Shown here piece by piece: positions 1-9,517 of a stretch of DNA of 64,000 nt. The translations under genes and the position numbers were made by a program. The stretch's first letter is position 1. Every line of letters starts with the position of its first letter. Origin of the DNA: Hungateiclostridiaceae bacterium UBA1305 (GTDB lineage Bacteria; Bacillota; Clostridia; Acetivibrionales; DTU013); assembly GCA_002307275.1 (NCBI GenBank), contig DBTX01000078.1, forward strand, positions 66,350 through 130,349, in the 5' to 3' direction. A model generated the notes under the pieces. The model was not told where the DNA came from. It did no database searches and saw only the letters and a list, made by a program, of their open reading frames with translations.

Positions 1-930
1 GCGGGTTCGGGACAGGTAAAGGACGGCAGACTTTACGCCAACGTTTCTGCTTCCGGTGTAAATCCCGGTTATATGACTGTCAACAATCTTGACTTGCTGC
101 AGGGCCGATTCATCAATGACCGTGATATGGCCGGCAGTAAATCTGTTTGTGTCGTATCCGACAAGCTTGTGAATAATATTTTCAAGGGCGGTGTCGATCC
201 AATCGGGCAGGAAGTCAAATATTACGAGGCTGGTACCATAAAAACATATACTATCGTTGGTGTTTATAAATACTCCGATACCAGTATGTTTTCCAATGCC
301 TCATCATCATCGGAAAAAGACACGCAGACCGCACTGTATATCCCGATTACACTGGAAAAACAAAATTCGGACAAGCAGAATTTCCCGGCTGTAACCGTTA
401 TGAGCAAGACCGGCATTGATACAGAGAAATTAACAAGTGATATTGATCGGTATTTTTCAAAATACTATGTAAGAAACGCCAAGTGGGAGGCTGCCGTTAT
501 CAACATGTCCACACAGCTTGCAACAGCCACCTCCATGCTTTCGACAGTATCGATGGCCGTTGCGGTCATTGCTGCGATCTCCCTGCTGGTCGGCGGAATA
601 GGCGTTATGAATATCATGCTTGTATCCGTCACGGAACGGACGCGTGAAATAGGCACACGTAAAGCACTTGGAGCCAAGAACTACCACATCCGCATGCAGT
701 TTGTCACGGAAGCCGTATTCATTTCGCTGGCCGGCGGCCTGATTGGATTGGTAATCGGCCTGTTACTGGGCTTTGTGGGGAGCTCTCTGCTTGGAACAGC
801 CCCCTCCTTCTCCATACCTGTCATCCTGCTGACAATCCTGTTTTCAATGGGTATCGGCGTGTTCTTCGGATATTATCCGGCCAATAAGGCCGCCAAACTT
901 GATCCGATAGAAGCACTGCGGTATGAGTGA
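1..930 (+). CDS. ABC transporter permease, MacB/FtsX type (5' end lies outside the window)
   Basis: Frame 1 is open from base 1 into the 73..930 ORF. It has a soluble MacB-like segment, then an FtsX-type C-terminal TM bundle with the SVTERTREIGTRKALGA linker motif. Confidence 0.85.
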   Translation, partial: AGSGQVKDGRLYANVSASGVNPGYMTVNNLDLLQGRFINDRDMAGSKSVCVVSDKLVNNIFKGGVDPIGQEVKYYEAGTIKTYTIVGVYKYSDTSMFSNASSSSEKDTQTALYIPITLEKQNSDKQNFPAVTVMSKTGIDTEKLTSDIDRYFSKYYVRNAKWEAAVINMSTQLATATSMLSTVSMAVAVIAAISLLVGGIGVMNIMLVSVTERTREIGTRKALGAKNYHIRMQFVTEAVFISLAGGLIGLVIGLLLGFVGSSLLGTAPSFSIPVILLTILFSMGIGVFFGYYPANKAAKLDPIEALRYE

Positions 931-944
931 ACTCCTTCAGCAAC

Positions 945-968
945 GTTAAAAAAGCAAGCTTTTTTAAC
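945..968 (+). terminator. Weak A/T-rich hairpin after the permease gene
   Basis: GTTAAAAAAGC-aa-GCTTTTTTAAC is a perfect inverted repeat 15 nt after the stop. The stem is nearly all A/T, so its stability is doubtful. Confidence 0.3.
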
Positions 969-1142
969 TATAGCTGAACATCGGAGCTTCAGGCGGAGAC
1001 TCTACTCCACCTGAAGTCCGGAAGATGGACTTCTGCCTATCGAAGTGGGAGTTCTGCAACTTGATAGAAATCCGACGTACAACAAGTTCCCTTTGGCGTA
1101 CAATATCTTCGGAAAAAGGTTTGATTTACCCATGATGTTTTT

Positions 1143-1850
1143 ATGATAAAATTCAAAGGTGAGGCGGTGTTCATTTTGGCAAATATTCTTCTGGTGGATG
1201 ACAACGAAAAGATACGCAAGCTGATGGAAATATATCTGAAACGGGATGGATACAACATCCTTCATGCCGAAAACGGCAAAGCTGCGTTGGATGTCCTTGA
1301 TGCTGCCATCGCCGACCTGATCATAGCCGATATCATGATGCCTGAAATGGATGGCTATGAACTGATAAGAAGCCTCAGGAATGCCGGTTTTGATACGCCT
1401 GTATTAATGGTCACCGCCAGGGACACCTTCCCTGATAAGAAAATGGGGTTCGACCTGGGGGCAGACGATTACATGACCAAGCCGGTAGATATGGATGAAT
1501 TGGTATTGCGGGTCAAAGCGCTTCTGAGGCGGAGCAAGATCTCAAGCGAAAAGCAGATCCTCCTTGGAAACATCATTCTTGATTATGATAGTCTGGAGGT
1601 CAGAACGCCCGAAGAAAACATCGAACTGCCCAAAAAAGAGTTTTATCTGCTATACAAACTGCTGTCCTATCCTAAAAAGATTTTCACGCGCCAGGAATTG
1701 ATGGATGAAATCTGGGGCCTGGACAGTGAGGCAGACGAACGTACCGTAGATGTCCACATCCGACGTCTGCGTGAAAAGTTCGGAGCGTCGAGCGAGTTCG
1801 ACATCATCACGATTAGAGGACTTGGCTATAAGGGAGTGATCAGAGCATGA
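1143..1850 (+). CDS. OmpR-family response regulator
   Basis: Receiver motifs LLVDDNEKIR and DLIIADIMMPEMDGYEL. Winged-helix tail RTVDVHIRRLREKF...IRGLGYK. The RBS AAAGGTGAGG favours a TTG start at 1176 (MANILLVDD) over the ATG at 1143. The stop overlaps the kinase start (ATGA). Confidence 0.9.
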   Translation: MIKFKGEAVFILANILLVDDNEKIRKLMEIYLKRDGYNILHAENGKAALDVLDAAIADLIIADIMMPEMDGYELIRSLRNAGFDTPVLMVTARDTFPDKKMGFDLGADDYMTKPVDMDELVLRVKALLRRSKISSEKQILLGNIILDYDSLEVRTPEENIELPKKEFYLLYKLLSYPKKIFTRQELMDEIWGLDSEADERTVDVHIRRLREKFGASSEFDIITIRGLGYKGVIRA

Positions 1851-3154
1851 TTAAGAAAATCTATATCAAGCTGATACTCATTTTCACAGTAATCTTTTTC
1901 GCCGGAAATGTTACCGCCTTTGTAATTGCCTATAACACCACAGAGAAAAACCTCCTTGGTGGACTGGCTGATATGCTGTCAGGTGTGACTGCCGACTCGA
2001 AAGCGGTATACGAGCAGGGCGGCTCGAAGGCTGAAACAATTGAAAAATTGTATTCGTCAGGCATGATTGCGGTCAAGTTCTATAAAACCACAGCCGAATT
2101 AAAAAAAGCCTATGATCTTACAGATGAAGAACTTCTATCGGCAGAGAACAAGCCTGTAATCATGGTTGTCAGAGCAGTGGACAAACATGGCAAAAAGTTA
2201 CCGATATGCATTGTGAAATCCGGAAAGCAGTATATTGTTGCCGTTATTACCCCCAAAGGCCTTCTGCTGGATATACGCGTTCTGACTTTCAGGGTAAGTG
2301 TTCTTTCCCTGTTGATCGGATCACTGCTCATGCTTATCGCTTCGAGAATTATAGTTAAGCCTGTAAGGAAGCTCAGTGCAGCGACTGAGAAGATCGCAAA
2401 GGGCGATTTCAACATACGTATTCATAATAATCGGCGTGATGAGATCGGACAGCTCATTAAAAATTTCAACATCATGGCGGGGGAGCTTGCCGGAATGGAA
2501 ATGCTGCGCAATAACTTCATTTCCGACATATCCCATGAGTTCAAAACTCCGCTTACCTCCATCGAAGGCTATACCAAATTGCTCCGTGACTGCAAAAACG
2601 ATACAGAGCGTAATGAATATATAGATATCATAACTGAAGAGACTAAAAGGCTATCGGCACTTTCGGGCAACATCCTGCTGCTGAACCGCATAGAGAATGA
2701 AAATATTGCGTTGGCAAAGTCAGCTTTCAGGCTGGATGAACAGATTCGTCAGGTCATCCTTTTCCATGAGAACAAGTGGAGCAACAAACAGATCGAGCTT
2801 CAACTGGATCTGGAGGAAACAGTCTATGAAGGAAACGAACAGCTGCTGTACCAAGTCTGGCTCAATCTATTCGACAACGCTGTGAAGTTTTCAGGCACAA
2901 AAGGTTTGATAGAGGTTCGTCTGAAAAAGAAAGACAGTAAAACTATTTTTACAATAACCGATTACGGCAGTGGAATGACACAAGAGGAACAAAAAAGAAT
3001 ATTCGAGAAATTCTTCACCGGAGACCGTTCGAGAAGCACCGAGGGCAACGGCCTTGGATTGTCAATTGTAAAGCGTATCCTTGATATGCACAGCGGAACA
3101 ATCGAAGTCATAAGTAGACCCGGTGAGTTTACGAAGTTAACGGTAAATCTGTAA
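1847..3154 (+). CDS. Sensor histidine kinase (HAMP-HisKA-HATPase)
   Basis: Two TM segments flank a ~130-aa loop. H-box FISDISHEFKTPLTSI, N-box NLFDNAVKF, G-boxes DYGSGM and GNGLGLSIV. The start has a 4-nt overlap with the regulator gene. Confidence 0.9.
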   Translation: MIKKIYIKLILIFTVIFFAGNVTAFVIAYNTTEKNLLGGLADMLSGVTADSKAVYEQGGSKAETIEKLYSSGMIAVKFYKTTAELKKAYDLTDEELLSAENKPVIMVVRAVDKHGKKLPICIVKSGKQYIVAVITPKGLLLDIRVLTFRVSVLSLLIGSLLMLIASRIIVKPVRKLSAATEKIAKGDFNIRIHNNRRDEIGQLIKNFNIMAGELAGMEMLRNNFISDISHEFKTPLTSIEGYTKLLRDCKNDTERNEYIDIITEETKRLSALSGNILLLNRIENENIALAKSAFRLDEQIRQVILFHENKWSNKQIELQLDLEETVYEGNEQLLYQVWLNLFDNAVKFSGTKGLIEVRLKKKDSKTIFTITDYGSGMTQEEQKRIFEKFFTGDRSRSTEGNGLGLSIVKRILDMHSGTIEVISRPGEFTKLTVNL

Positions 3155-3173
3155 ACCCGCCGGGTCATTTGCC

Positions 3174-3213
3174 GGTGACTATTTAAATTGGTGACTTGCT
3201 AAATTGGTGACTT
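3174..3213. repeat. Three direct GGTGACT repeats at exact 16-bp spacing
   Basis: ccGGTGACTatttaaattGGTGACTtgctaaattGGTGACTtt. The last two copies share the longer unit AAATTGGTGACTT. It lies in a convergent intergenic gap. Confidence 0.8.
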
Positions 3214-3277
3214 TATATTAATGTATTCTACCGTTCTCTCTCTGCTGCAAGTTTCATATCAAGGGCATTGGATTTGA

Positions 3278-3685
3278 TTATGCCTTCATATGCGGAGAAT
3301 TCGGTTCAAGCTTCATGAATTCTATTCTGTTGCCATCGGGATCCCTTGCCCAGGCCTGATAATTCTTATCAACACCCTGTACTGGCTCAACGTCAAGCTT
3401 CACGCCTTTATCCTTCAACTGTTTTGCAATTGCAAAAATATCATCAACTTCCAGGCAAATGTGATTGAAGCTATGCTTTTTTGCAACCTCTTCCGAGAAC
3501 CCGGGGCCATTGTAGAAAAGCTCGATGAATACATGGTCGGCAACCTTTATATATTCGATCCAGGGTTTACCCTCCTTGTCGTTCAATGAAAATGCCTTTT
3601 TTAAACCAAGTATGTTGCAATAGAAATCGATTGACTTGTCCATGTCCTTCACGTTCAGTGCAATGTGCCCAATTCCTTTAATCAT
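3278..3685 (-). CDS. VOC-family protein (glyoxalase/dioxygenase fold)
   Basis: IGHIALNVKDMDKSIDFY ... HICLEVDD ... ARDPDGNRIEF is the typical paired beta-alpha-beta-beta-beta metal-binding pattern. Confidence 0.8.
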   Translation of the reverse strand: MIKGIGHIALNVKDMDKSIDFYCNILGLKKAFSLNDKEGKPWIEYIKVADHVFIELFYNGPGFSEEVAKKHSFNHICLEVDDIFAIAKQLKDKGVKLDVEPVQGVDKNYQAWARDPDGNRIEFMKLEPNSPHMKA

Positions 3686-3884
3686 GTCAGCTTCCTCCCA
3701 GTGTTATTTTATTTATATAAATATTACTTAGCTTCAGTGAACTGCTCTACATCACCATTGAAATAGAGAGCTTCTGATCCGAGATGAAATCCTTGGAAGA
3801 GTTCCATCCATTTCGTCACCAGGCGTCCAAAACAACTCCTGCCGGACTGGTTTTACACGTCCTGCCACCATAATTGCAACCCTG

Positions 3885-4556
3885 CTATCTGCCGCTTACC
3901 ATGGCGACAGATGCACTGGCGCCGATACGGCTTGCACCAGCTTCAACCATTTTGACGGCTGTTTCATAATCTCTGATGCCGCCGGCAGCTTTTACGCCAA
4001 TATCAGGACCGACTGTTTTTCTCATCAGGCTTATATCCTCGGCTGTCGCACCGCCTGAACTGAATCCTGTCGATGTTTTTACGAAATCAGCGCCTGCTGC
4101 TACAGCGAGCTTGCAGGCCTCCACCTTCTCTTCCTCAGTCAGCAGACAGGTTTCAATAATTACCTTAACGGTTGCTGATCCACTGGCTGTCACAACAGCC
4201 GCTATATCATTTTTTACATACTCCTCATTCTTCGCTTTAAGAGCTCCGACGTTTATTACCATATCAACTTCATCCGCGCCGTTTTTAACAACATCCTTCG
4301 TTTCTGCCGCTTTTGCCGCCGATGACATCGCCCCGAGAGGAAAGCCGACCACGCTGCAGACCCTTACTCCGCTGCCCTTCAGCATGCTTGCTACAAGGGG
4401 AATGTAGCATGAATTTACACATACCGATGCAAATTTATATTCAATTGCTTCCCTGCAGATCTTCCTTACCTGTTCTTCCGTGGCATCTGCCTTCAATATG
4501 GTATGATCTATCATCGCTGTAATATTTATATCCATAAATCCATGATCCGCCTTCAT
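3885..4556 (-). CDS. deoC: Deoxyribose-phosphate aldolase
   Basis: [11 protein letters not shown]..., [22 protein letters not shown] (Schiff-base Lys context) and KAAGGIR motifs. The start may be the internal ATG at 4535. Confidence 0.9.
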   Translation of the reverse strand: MKADHGFMDINITAMIDHTILKADATEEQVRKICREAIEYKFASVCVNSCYIPLVASMLKGSGVRVCSVVGFPLGAMSSAAKAAETKDVVKNGADEVDMVINVGALKAKNEEYVKNDIAAVVTASGSATVKVIIETCLLTEEEKVEACKLAVAAGADFVKTSTGFSSGGATAEDISLMRKTVGPDIGVKAAGGIRDYETAVKMVEAGASRIGASASVAMVSGR

Positions 4557-4568
4557 TTATAGTTGTGC

Positions 4569-5336
4569 TTACCCTTTATCCTTTGCTGCAAATATATTAT
4601 CATATTCCTGCTGCCTGCACACACTTTTATCTGTTCCAATATCTTTTGCAGCGTAATCCATGATGAAATGCAGAAGGATACCAGGCAGTAACGAACCTGT
4701 GCAAACATAAATTAGCGCGAACAGTAATCCGACCGTTCCTGTCTTTAATACGCCAACCGGCCCCTGGTAAGTATGCGCCAACCCGAAAAGGATCGAGGAG
4801 ATCAGGATACACAGGTAAACGCTCAGCCCGGGAAAAATGCCTGCGAGAAGGAAGAGGAGAAATCCACGGTAGACGAGTTCTTCTATTAACGCTGCCGATG
4901 TCGAGATAAATAGCCAGTACTTTCTCTCCCTTTCAGTATGAGGCAGCATCATTCCAACCTCAGCTGGCAGCTTAATGGAAGCGAGCTTGTTTCTGAAAGC
5001 TACACTGGCTTTCGCCATGATGATCTGATAAATGTGTAGTAAAAAAAGCAGGCTGAAAACAATCAGAATGGCATAGGTACCCCATTTACCGAAGGGACTG
5101 TCATTAAGCTTTATCCAGTCTATCCCTACATCTGCCGCCGATACCCGCCAGAACAATATAAAAAGTCCAATAATTCCTGCCGGTATCCAACAGCATAATA
5201 ATGTTTTTTTGTAATAACGCAGTCTTTCTCCTGGATCGGCAGCGAGCCGCTTTGCGAATTGCTTGAAAAACATATAGCCGAACAAAGGTTCAAACAGCAA
5301 ATAATATATGAATAACACAATATACATTATTTTCAT
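4569..5336 (-). CDS. CPBP-family intramembrane glutamic endopeptidase (CAAX protease-like)
   Basis: Polytopic protein with EELVYRGF, FGLAH and HFIMD motifs. Confidence 0.8.
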   Translation of the reverse strand: MKIMYIVLFIYYLLFEPLFGYMFFKQFAKRLAADPGERLRYYKKTLLCCWIPAGIIGLFILFWRVSAADVGIDWIKLNDSPFGKWGTYAILIVFSLLFLLHIYQIIMAKASVAFRNKLASIKLPAEVGMMLPHTERERKYWLFISTSAALIEELVYRGFLLFLLAGIFPGLSVYLCILISSILFGLAHTYQGPVGVLKTGTVGLLFALIYVCTGSLLPGILLHFIMDYAAKDIGTDKSVCRQQEYDNIFAAKDKG

Positions 5337-5396
5337 ACACGATCTCCCCCAGCAGAAAAAATGTCAGGCAGTGATGATGGGCAATGACAGTCGTTA

Positions 5397-6230
5397 TCAC
5401 TGCCCCAGCAATCCGGAAACCAGCTCCCTGGCCTCGCTTGCCTTATCCGGCTTTACTTCTTCGAGAATAATGTCTGCATATGGCTTTTCTTCTTTTATTT
5501 TATTAAGGTGATATGCAAGGTTAAGCTCTCCTTGTCCAAGAACAGCACTTTCCTTTGCAGTTCCTGCAATTTTGAAATCCTTCATGTGAAATACATTGAT
5601 GCGTTCCCTGTAGAGATTGAAAGCCTCATTGACCAACTCGATCTGCCTGGAGGCTTCAGCCGGATGAATCATGTTTACAACGTCAACCAGCGCACACAAG
5701 TTATTGGAGGGAATCAACCCGAACATCCGGTCCATTGCCCTGGGTGTATTTATCGTATGCCCATATACCGCTTCTATCGCAACAAGCACCCCGAACTTTT
5801 CGGCTTCCTCGGTAACCTCGGACACGAAGCGGATTACACGATCAAATGCCAGGTTTCTTGATATTTCCTCATTACTGTCAGGTATGATATATCCGGTTTC
5901 TGTTGCTACTATTTTGCAGCCCATTTCACGCGCAAACCGGATATGCTCCTTGAACATTTTTATATTTGCTTGAAGTGCATCCGTATTTTCCTCCGCCGGA
6001 TTGATATAGCAGCCGATGACTGATGGCCGCAGATTGTTCCTCGACAGCTCCCTCTCGATGCTGTGGGCCAGGCCGTTACTCAGGATCCCGCAGGTATACT
6101 GAAAATCGTTTAAAGCCTTCCCCAGTGCAAGCTGAACATGGCTGAATCCTGCATCAGCAATTCTGGGGGCAAGCTCGCTCAGCTGCATTCTCCCAAAATC
6201 GTGCGCACGCACGCCTATTTCCCACTTCAT
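5397..6230 (-). CDS. Sugar phosphate isomerase/epimerase (xylose-isomerase-like TIM barrel)
   Basis: The length and the pattern VRAHDFG...VQLAL...IVATETG...LVAIEAV...HMKD are typical of AP-endonuclease-2/xylose-isomerase-like barrels. Confidence 0.75.
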   Translation of the reverse strand: MKWEIGVRAHDFGRMQLSELAPRIADAGFSHVQLALGKALNDFQYTCGILSNGLAHSIERELSRNNLRPSVIGCYINPAEENTDALQANIKMFKEHIRFAREMGCKIVATETGYIIPDSNEEISRNLAFDRVIRFVSEVTEEAEKFGVLVAIEAVYGHTINTPRAMDRMFGLIPSNNLCALVDVVNMIHPAEASRQIELVNEAFNLYRERINVFHMKDFKIAGTAKESAVLGQGELNLAYHLNKIKEEKPYADIILEEVKPDKASEARELVSGLLGQ

Positions 6231-6286
6231 TTTTCAATTCCCCCTTAAGATGTGGTTGGTATTCCAATTCTCTATATTTTAATATC

Positions 6287-6547
6287 CTACCATTCCGAAC
6301 AGATCTGTGTGTTTTTCGCCTTAACTCCATCAACAGAATTGAGTTTTTTCTCCAGTTCCCCGACTTCCGTATCGGAACCGGTGAGCTGCAATATAATCAA
6401 TCCTTCGTTCGCACAGGCGTCCCCCGCTTCATGCAAGCCAATTCTGGCGCTGATGATGCAGCCTGATTCAGTCAATACATCCTGCAGCTTGACGGCATTT
6501 TTTACCCTGTTATTCAATATCAGTGTCATGACATTGTAGCAGCTCAT
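6287..6547 (-). CDS. Small ACT-like protein resembling the TM1266-type 'iron-only hydrogenase system regulator' family
   Basis: 86 aa. AGGAGG lies 8 nt upstream of the ATG. The pattern hydrophobic strand-NNR-helix-...-IILQL-...-LEKKLNSVDGVKAK matches my recollection of the TM1266 family layout. Confidence 0.5.
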   Translation of the reverse strand: MSCYNVMTLILNNRVKNAVKLQDVLTESGCIISARIGLHEAGDACANEGLIILQLTGSDTEVGELEKKLNSVDGVKAKNTQICSEW

Positions 6548-6786
6548 AGAAAATCCTCCTGAAATAATTTGAATTAATATGAATTAATTTAACTCAATAT
6601 ACTTGATACTATTCCCACTAATATACAAAGTCAACCAAAAAAATACCGGGTTTTCAAGCTGGATGAATTACCCGTAAAAAAGATTCATTATTCTGTAGAA
6701 AATGCAGCACTTTATTTGATATAATTCCTATATAAAAGTTGCAAAAATTATTGCAGTAAAAGCAGCTGGTCCAAAGGAGAAGTCAA

Positions 6787-7362
6787 ATGAATCAAACCGC
6801 CAAGAGTGTTAAAATATCTATTACTGGGGATCTGGGCAGCGGTAAGTCTACCGTATGCCGGTATTTGAAAGAGAATTTCGGGCTGAAAGTTTATTCCATT
6901 GGGCAGATTCAGCGTTCATTGGCGGAGAAATACAGCATGGATATATGCGCTTTCAACAGGTATATGGAGACTCATCCTGAAATTGATGAAGAAATTGACA
7001 CTGAGCTTGCAAAAATCGGTCAACGGGATGAAGCTATGGTCCTGGATTCCAGGATGGCCTGGCATTTCGTACCGGACTCCTTTAAAGTATTCCTTTCTGT
7101 TGACTCGAACGAAGCCGCAAAAAGAATCATGCTGGACGAAAGGGGCGGCGTGGAGACCTATGCCAGTCTTGAAGATGCCAAGCTCAGGCTTATTGAAAGA
7201 AAGCGAAGCGAGAACCTCCGGTATATGACCAAATATGGTGTAGACTGCTCGAATCCCTTCAATTATGACATGATTATCGATTCTACGGATATCTCACCTG
7301 AACAAGTGGCAGATACCATCATAGCCAAACTGGCGTCACTCGACGGAAAGCAGGAAGGCTGA
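6787..7362 (+). CDS. Cytidylate-kinase-like P-loop NMP kinase family protein
   Basis: Walker A ITGDLGSGKSTV, length ~190 aa, RBS AAAGGAGAAG upstream. Confidence 0.7.
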   Translation: MNQTAKSVKISITGDLGSGKSTVCRYLKENFGLKVYSIGQIQRSLAEKYSMDICAFNRYMETHPEIDEEIDTELAKIGQRDEAMVLDSRMAWHFVPDSFKVFLSVDSNEAAKRIMLDERGGVETYASLEDAKLRLIERKRSENLRYMTKYGVDCSNPFNYDMIIDSTDISPEQVADTIIAKLASLDGKQEG

Positions 7363-7404
7363 AAATCCTGACCAAAATTTCAAGAAACCATATAAACGAC
7401 ACCT

Positions 7405-7437
7405 GAACCGCCTGTAGAAAAATGGCGGTTCTTTTTT
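7405..7437 (+). terminator. Rho-independent terminator
   Basis: GAACCGCC-tgtagaaaaat-GGCGGTTC followed by TTTTTT, ~40 nt after the stop at 7362. Confidence 0.75.
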
Positions 7438-7654
7438 AGGCCATCTGAGTAACAAATCCAGCCAAATGGTGATTTCAGCGTGAAGTCACCTCAAGTGGGG
7501 CCCGATGCTCCCGGAATTTTCATTGCCGTTCCCTCCATCAACAAAAGCCTCGTTCAACAGAAGTCTCCAAAAATAGACTGCTTCACTGTTCCCAAAAAAA
7601 CCGCCCCTTCATATTATGTACTAACAATTTATGTAAAATTGAAGGGATGGTCAT

Positions 7655-8476
7655 ATGGAGGCTTTAAGGATTGGAGATGTCGTAACGAGAAAATCCTATG
7701 GCGGTGATGTTCATTTTAAAATAGCGGAAGTTAGCAGCCGGAGCAGCGGCAAGAGATCCTATGTCCTGAAGGGCATGCTGTACAGGATTATGGCAGACGC
7801 CGAAGAGGAGGATCTGGAGTGGAAAAGCCCGGATCAGGCAAAGCGTGAACTTCAGGACAGTCTGGCGGTTGCAGGGATACACCATATGTCCCGCGGGATG
7901 TTACCGTTCAGTTTTTTACAGCGTGTGAGAGGGAAGTCGGGAACAGTTCTCCATATCGATTCAAGTTCGGATTTCCTGGAAATGTGCAAAAAGTATTACG
8001 CAGATGCGAAAATAAAGGTTTATGGACGAGTTGTAGCGGAAAGCGACCAGCCTGGCCAGATCCGCAGTCTGCTTGCCAGTACCAAAGCCGACGTAATAAT
8101 TATTACCGGGCATGACGGCTTGAAAAAGAATGTTACAAAATATAACACCGTTGATAGCTACAGAAATTCCCGCTATTACATCGCAAGTACCCGCGAAGCC
8201 AGAAAATATGAACCCAGCTTTGACAAGCTGTGCATATTCTCCGGCGCCTGTCAGTCCTATTTCGAGGGCATCATGGAGGCCGGTGCCAATTTCGCCAGTT
8301 CACCCGGCAGAATACTGATCCATGCACTCGACCCCGCAAAGGTGGGAGACAGGATCGCATTAACCGATTCCAGAGTCTATGTGTCACCCGAACAGGTTGC
8401 GAAGCTTACGCAGTCGGGAAGCAAAGGGATTGGAGGAATCAAATCAAAAGGCCATTATGTGCTGGAGTCAAATTAA
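7655..8476 (+). CDS. yabG: Sporulation-specific protease YabG
   Basis: N-terminal GDVVTRKSYGGDVHFKI, then VLHIDSSSDFLEMC, IIITGHDG, YRNSRYY and IFSGACQSYFE are characteristic YabG blocks. Confidence 0.85.
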   Translation: MEALRIGDVVTRKSYGGDVHFKIAEVSSRSSGKRSYVLKGMLYRIMADAEEEDLEWKSPDQAKRELQDSLAVAGIHHMSRGMLPFSFLQRVRGKSGTVLHIDSSSDFLEMCKKYYADAKIKVYGRVVAESDQPGQIRSLLASTKADVIIITGHDGLKKNVTKYNTVDSYRNSRYYIASTREARKYEPSFDKLCIFSGACQSYFEGIMEAGANFASSPGRILIHALDPAKVGDRIALTDSRVYVSPEQVAKLTQSGSKGIGGIKSKGHYVLESN

Positions 8477-8500
8477 GGGGCCTTGTGCCCCTCTCATTTT
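8477..8500 (+). terminator. Rho-independent terminator
   Basis: GGGGC-cttgt-GCCCC directly after the yabG stop, followed by a T-rich tract (tctcattttgctgtttt). Confidence 0.6.
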
Positions 8501-8674
8501 GCTGTTTTAAACCAACCTCTCTTCTTTGTATTGACGCAACTCTCCTGTATTGTAACGAATTCGTAAAACTGCCGATTGTTAGCCGGTTGTTAACTCGTGA
8601 AAAAGTTGTTTTAATTATTCATACTGTGGTAAAAAAGTTATGTACAAATTAAAACACTATCGGAGGCAGATGAT

Positions 8675-9085
8675 ATGTTCAAGTGGCAGGATAAATTTAG
8701 TTGCAGCATACCGGAGATAGACAAGCAGCACCGCAAGCTCTTTGAAATTGGATCGCGGATATTTGAGACAGCTACACTGAACGATGATTGCGACCATTAC
8801 GACGAGCTTATGCAAATACTGGGTGAACTGATCGAGTACACACAATACCATTTCAGCTATGAGGAGTCCCTTATGAAAAAGTGTAGTTATCCTGATTATG
8901 CAACTCACAAGATAGAACATGATTTCTTTATTAAAAAGGTTCAAAAATTAGCCGGCAGGGATCTTGAAGAAAACCAGAACCAGACCCTGCTGGAAATAGT
9001 CAATTTTGTAGCTGACTGGATTGCAGGTCACATTCTGGATACAGATATGAAGTATAAGGAATGTCTTATAAATTACGGGCTATAA
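8675..9085 (+). CDS. Bacteriohemerythrin (hemerythrin-like metal-binding protein)
   Basis: W.D.FS..IPEIDKQHRKLF, HFSYEESLM, H..EHDFF and DWIAGHILDTDMKY give the His/Glu/Asp di-iron ligand spacing. Confidence 0.85.
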   Translation: MFKWQDKFSCSIPEIDKQHRKLFEIGSRIFETATLNDDCDHYDELMQILGELIEYTQYHFSYEESLMKKCSYPDYATHKIEHDFFIKKVQKLAGRDLEENQNQTLLEIVNFVADWIAGHILDTDMKYKECLINYGL

Positions 9086-9087
9086 AA

Positions 9088-9308
9088 TGAAGCATCTATT
9101 CATCATCAATCCGGTTGCCGGTAAAGGCAGGACCGTCAGTCCCATTCCAGAGATATGGCGTTGGGCGTGCACCTCTATAAGAACAAAAAAGTTGAGATCA
9201 TCCTGTACAAACCTATTCCCATAAACTGCGATGGTGAACTACTCCCTGGTCGAAAAGGCCATCTTTGAGATATTCCCAAAAGGCCTGCCCTTTGTATTTC
9301 CTAAGTAG
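9088..9308 (+). pseudogene. Relic of a diacylglycerol-kinase/YegS-family lipid kinase (internal deletion plus frameshift)
   Basis: It opens with the family N-terminus MKHLFIINPVAGKG. Within ~20 codons it jumps to C-terminal-type sequence read in two other frames (NKKVEIILYKPIPINCDGELLPG, then KAIFEIFPKGLPFVFPK*). Only ~220 bp remain where ~900 bp are expected. Confidence 0.6.
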
Positions 9309-9517
9309 GATGTCGCAGAACCGGTCCCCCAATAATTTATAAGCCACATTGAAAGTTAATGCTGCTTTTGTAAAACAAGAGCGGCATTTATCTTTACTCA
9401 AACTTTCTATTTTTTTCAAATTCTGTACACTTTATGCACTTTATGTTGCATCCTTCTTTCAAGTATATTAACAAGCAAACTACAGATAATAAGATAAACG
9501 ATTGAGGAGGGAAGAAA

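Noticed and set aside
3725-3884. Short minus-strand reading frames between the VOC gene and deoC (e.g. ...WMELFQGFHLGSEALYFNGDVEQFTEAK*)
   Set aside because: It looks protein-like and may be another gene tail, but I cannot assign a family or a continuous frame by eye. It is too uncertain to report as a feature.
7480-7707. 75-codon plus-strand ORF upstream of and overlapping yabG
   Set aside because: It has no RBS and an odd composition, it overlaps the well-supported yabG start, and it lies in the yabG promoter region.
9213-9419. 68-codon minus-strand ORF (MKKIESLSKDK...)
   Set aside because: It has a TTG start without an RBS. It lies antisense to the lipid-kinase relic and has no recognisable features.
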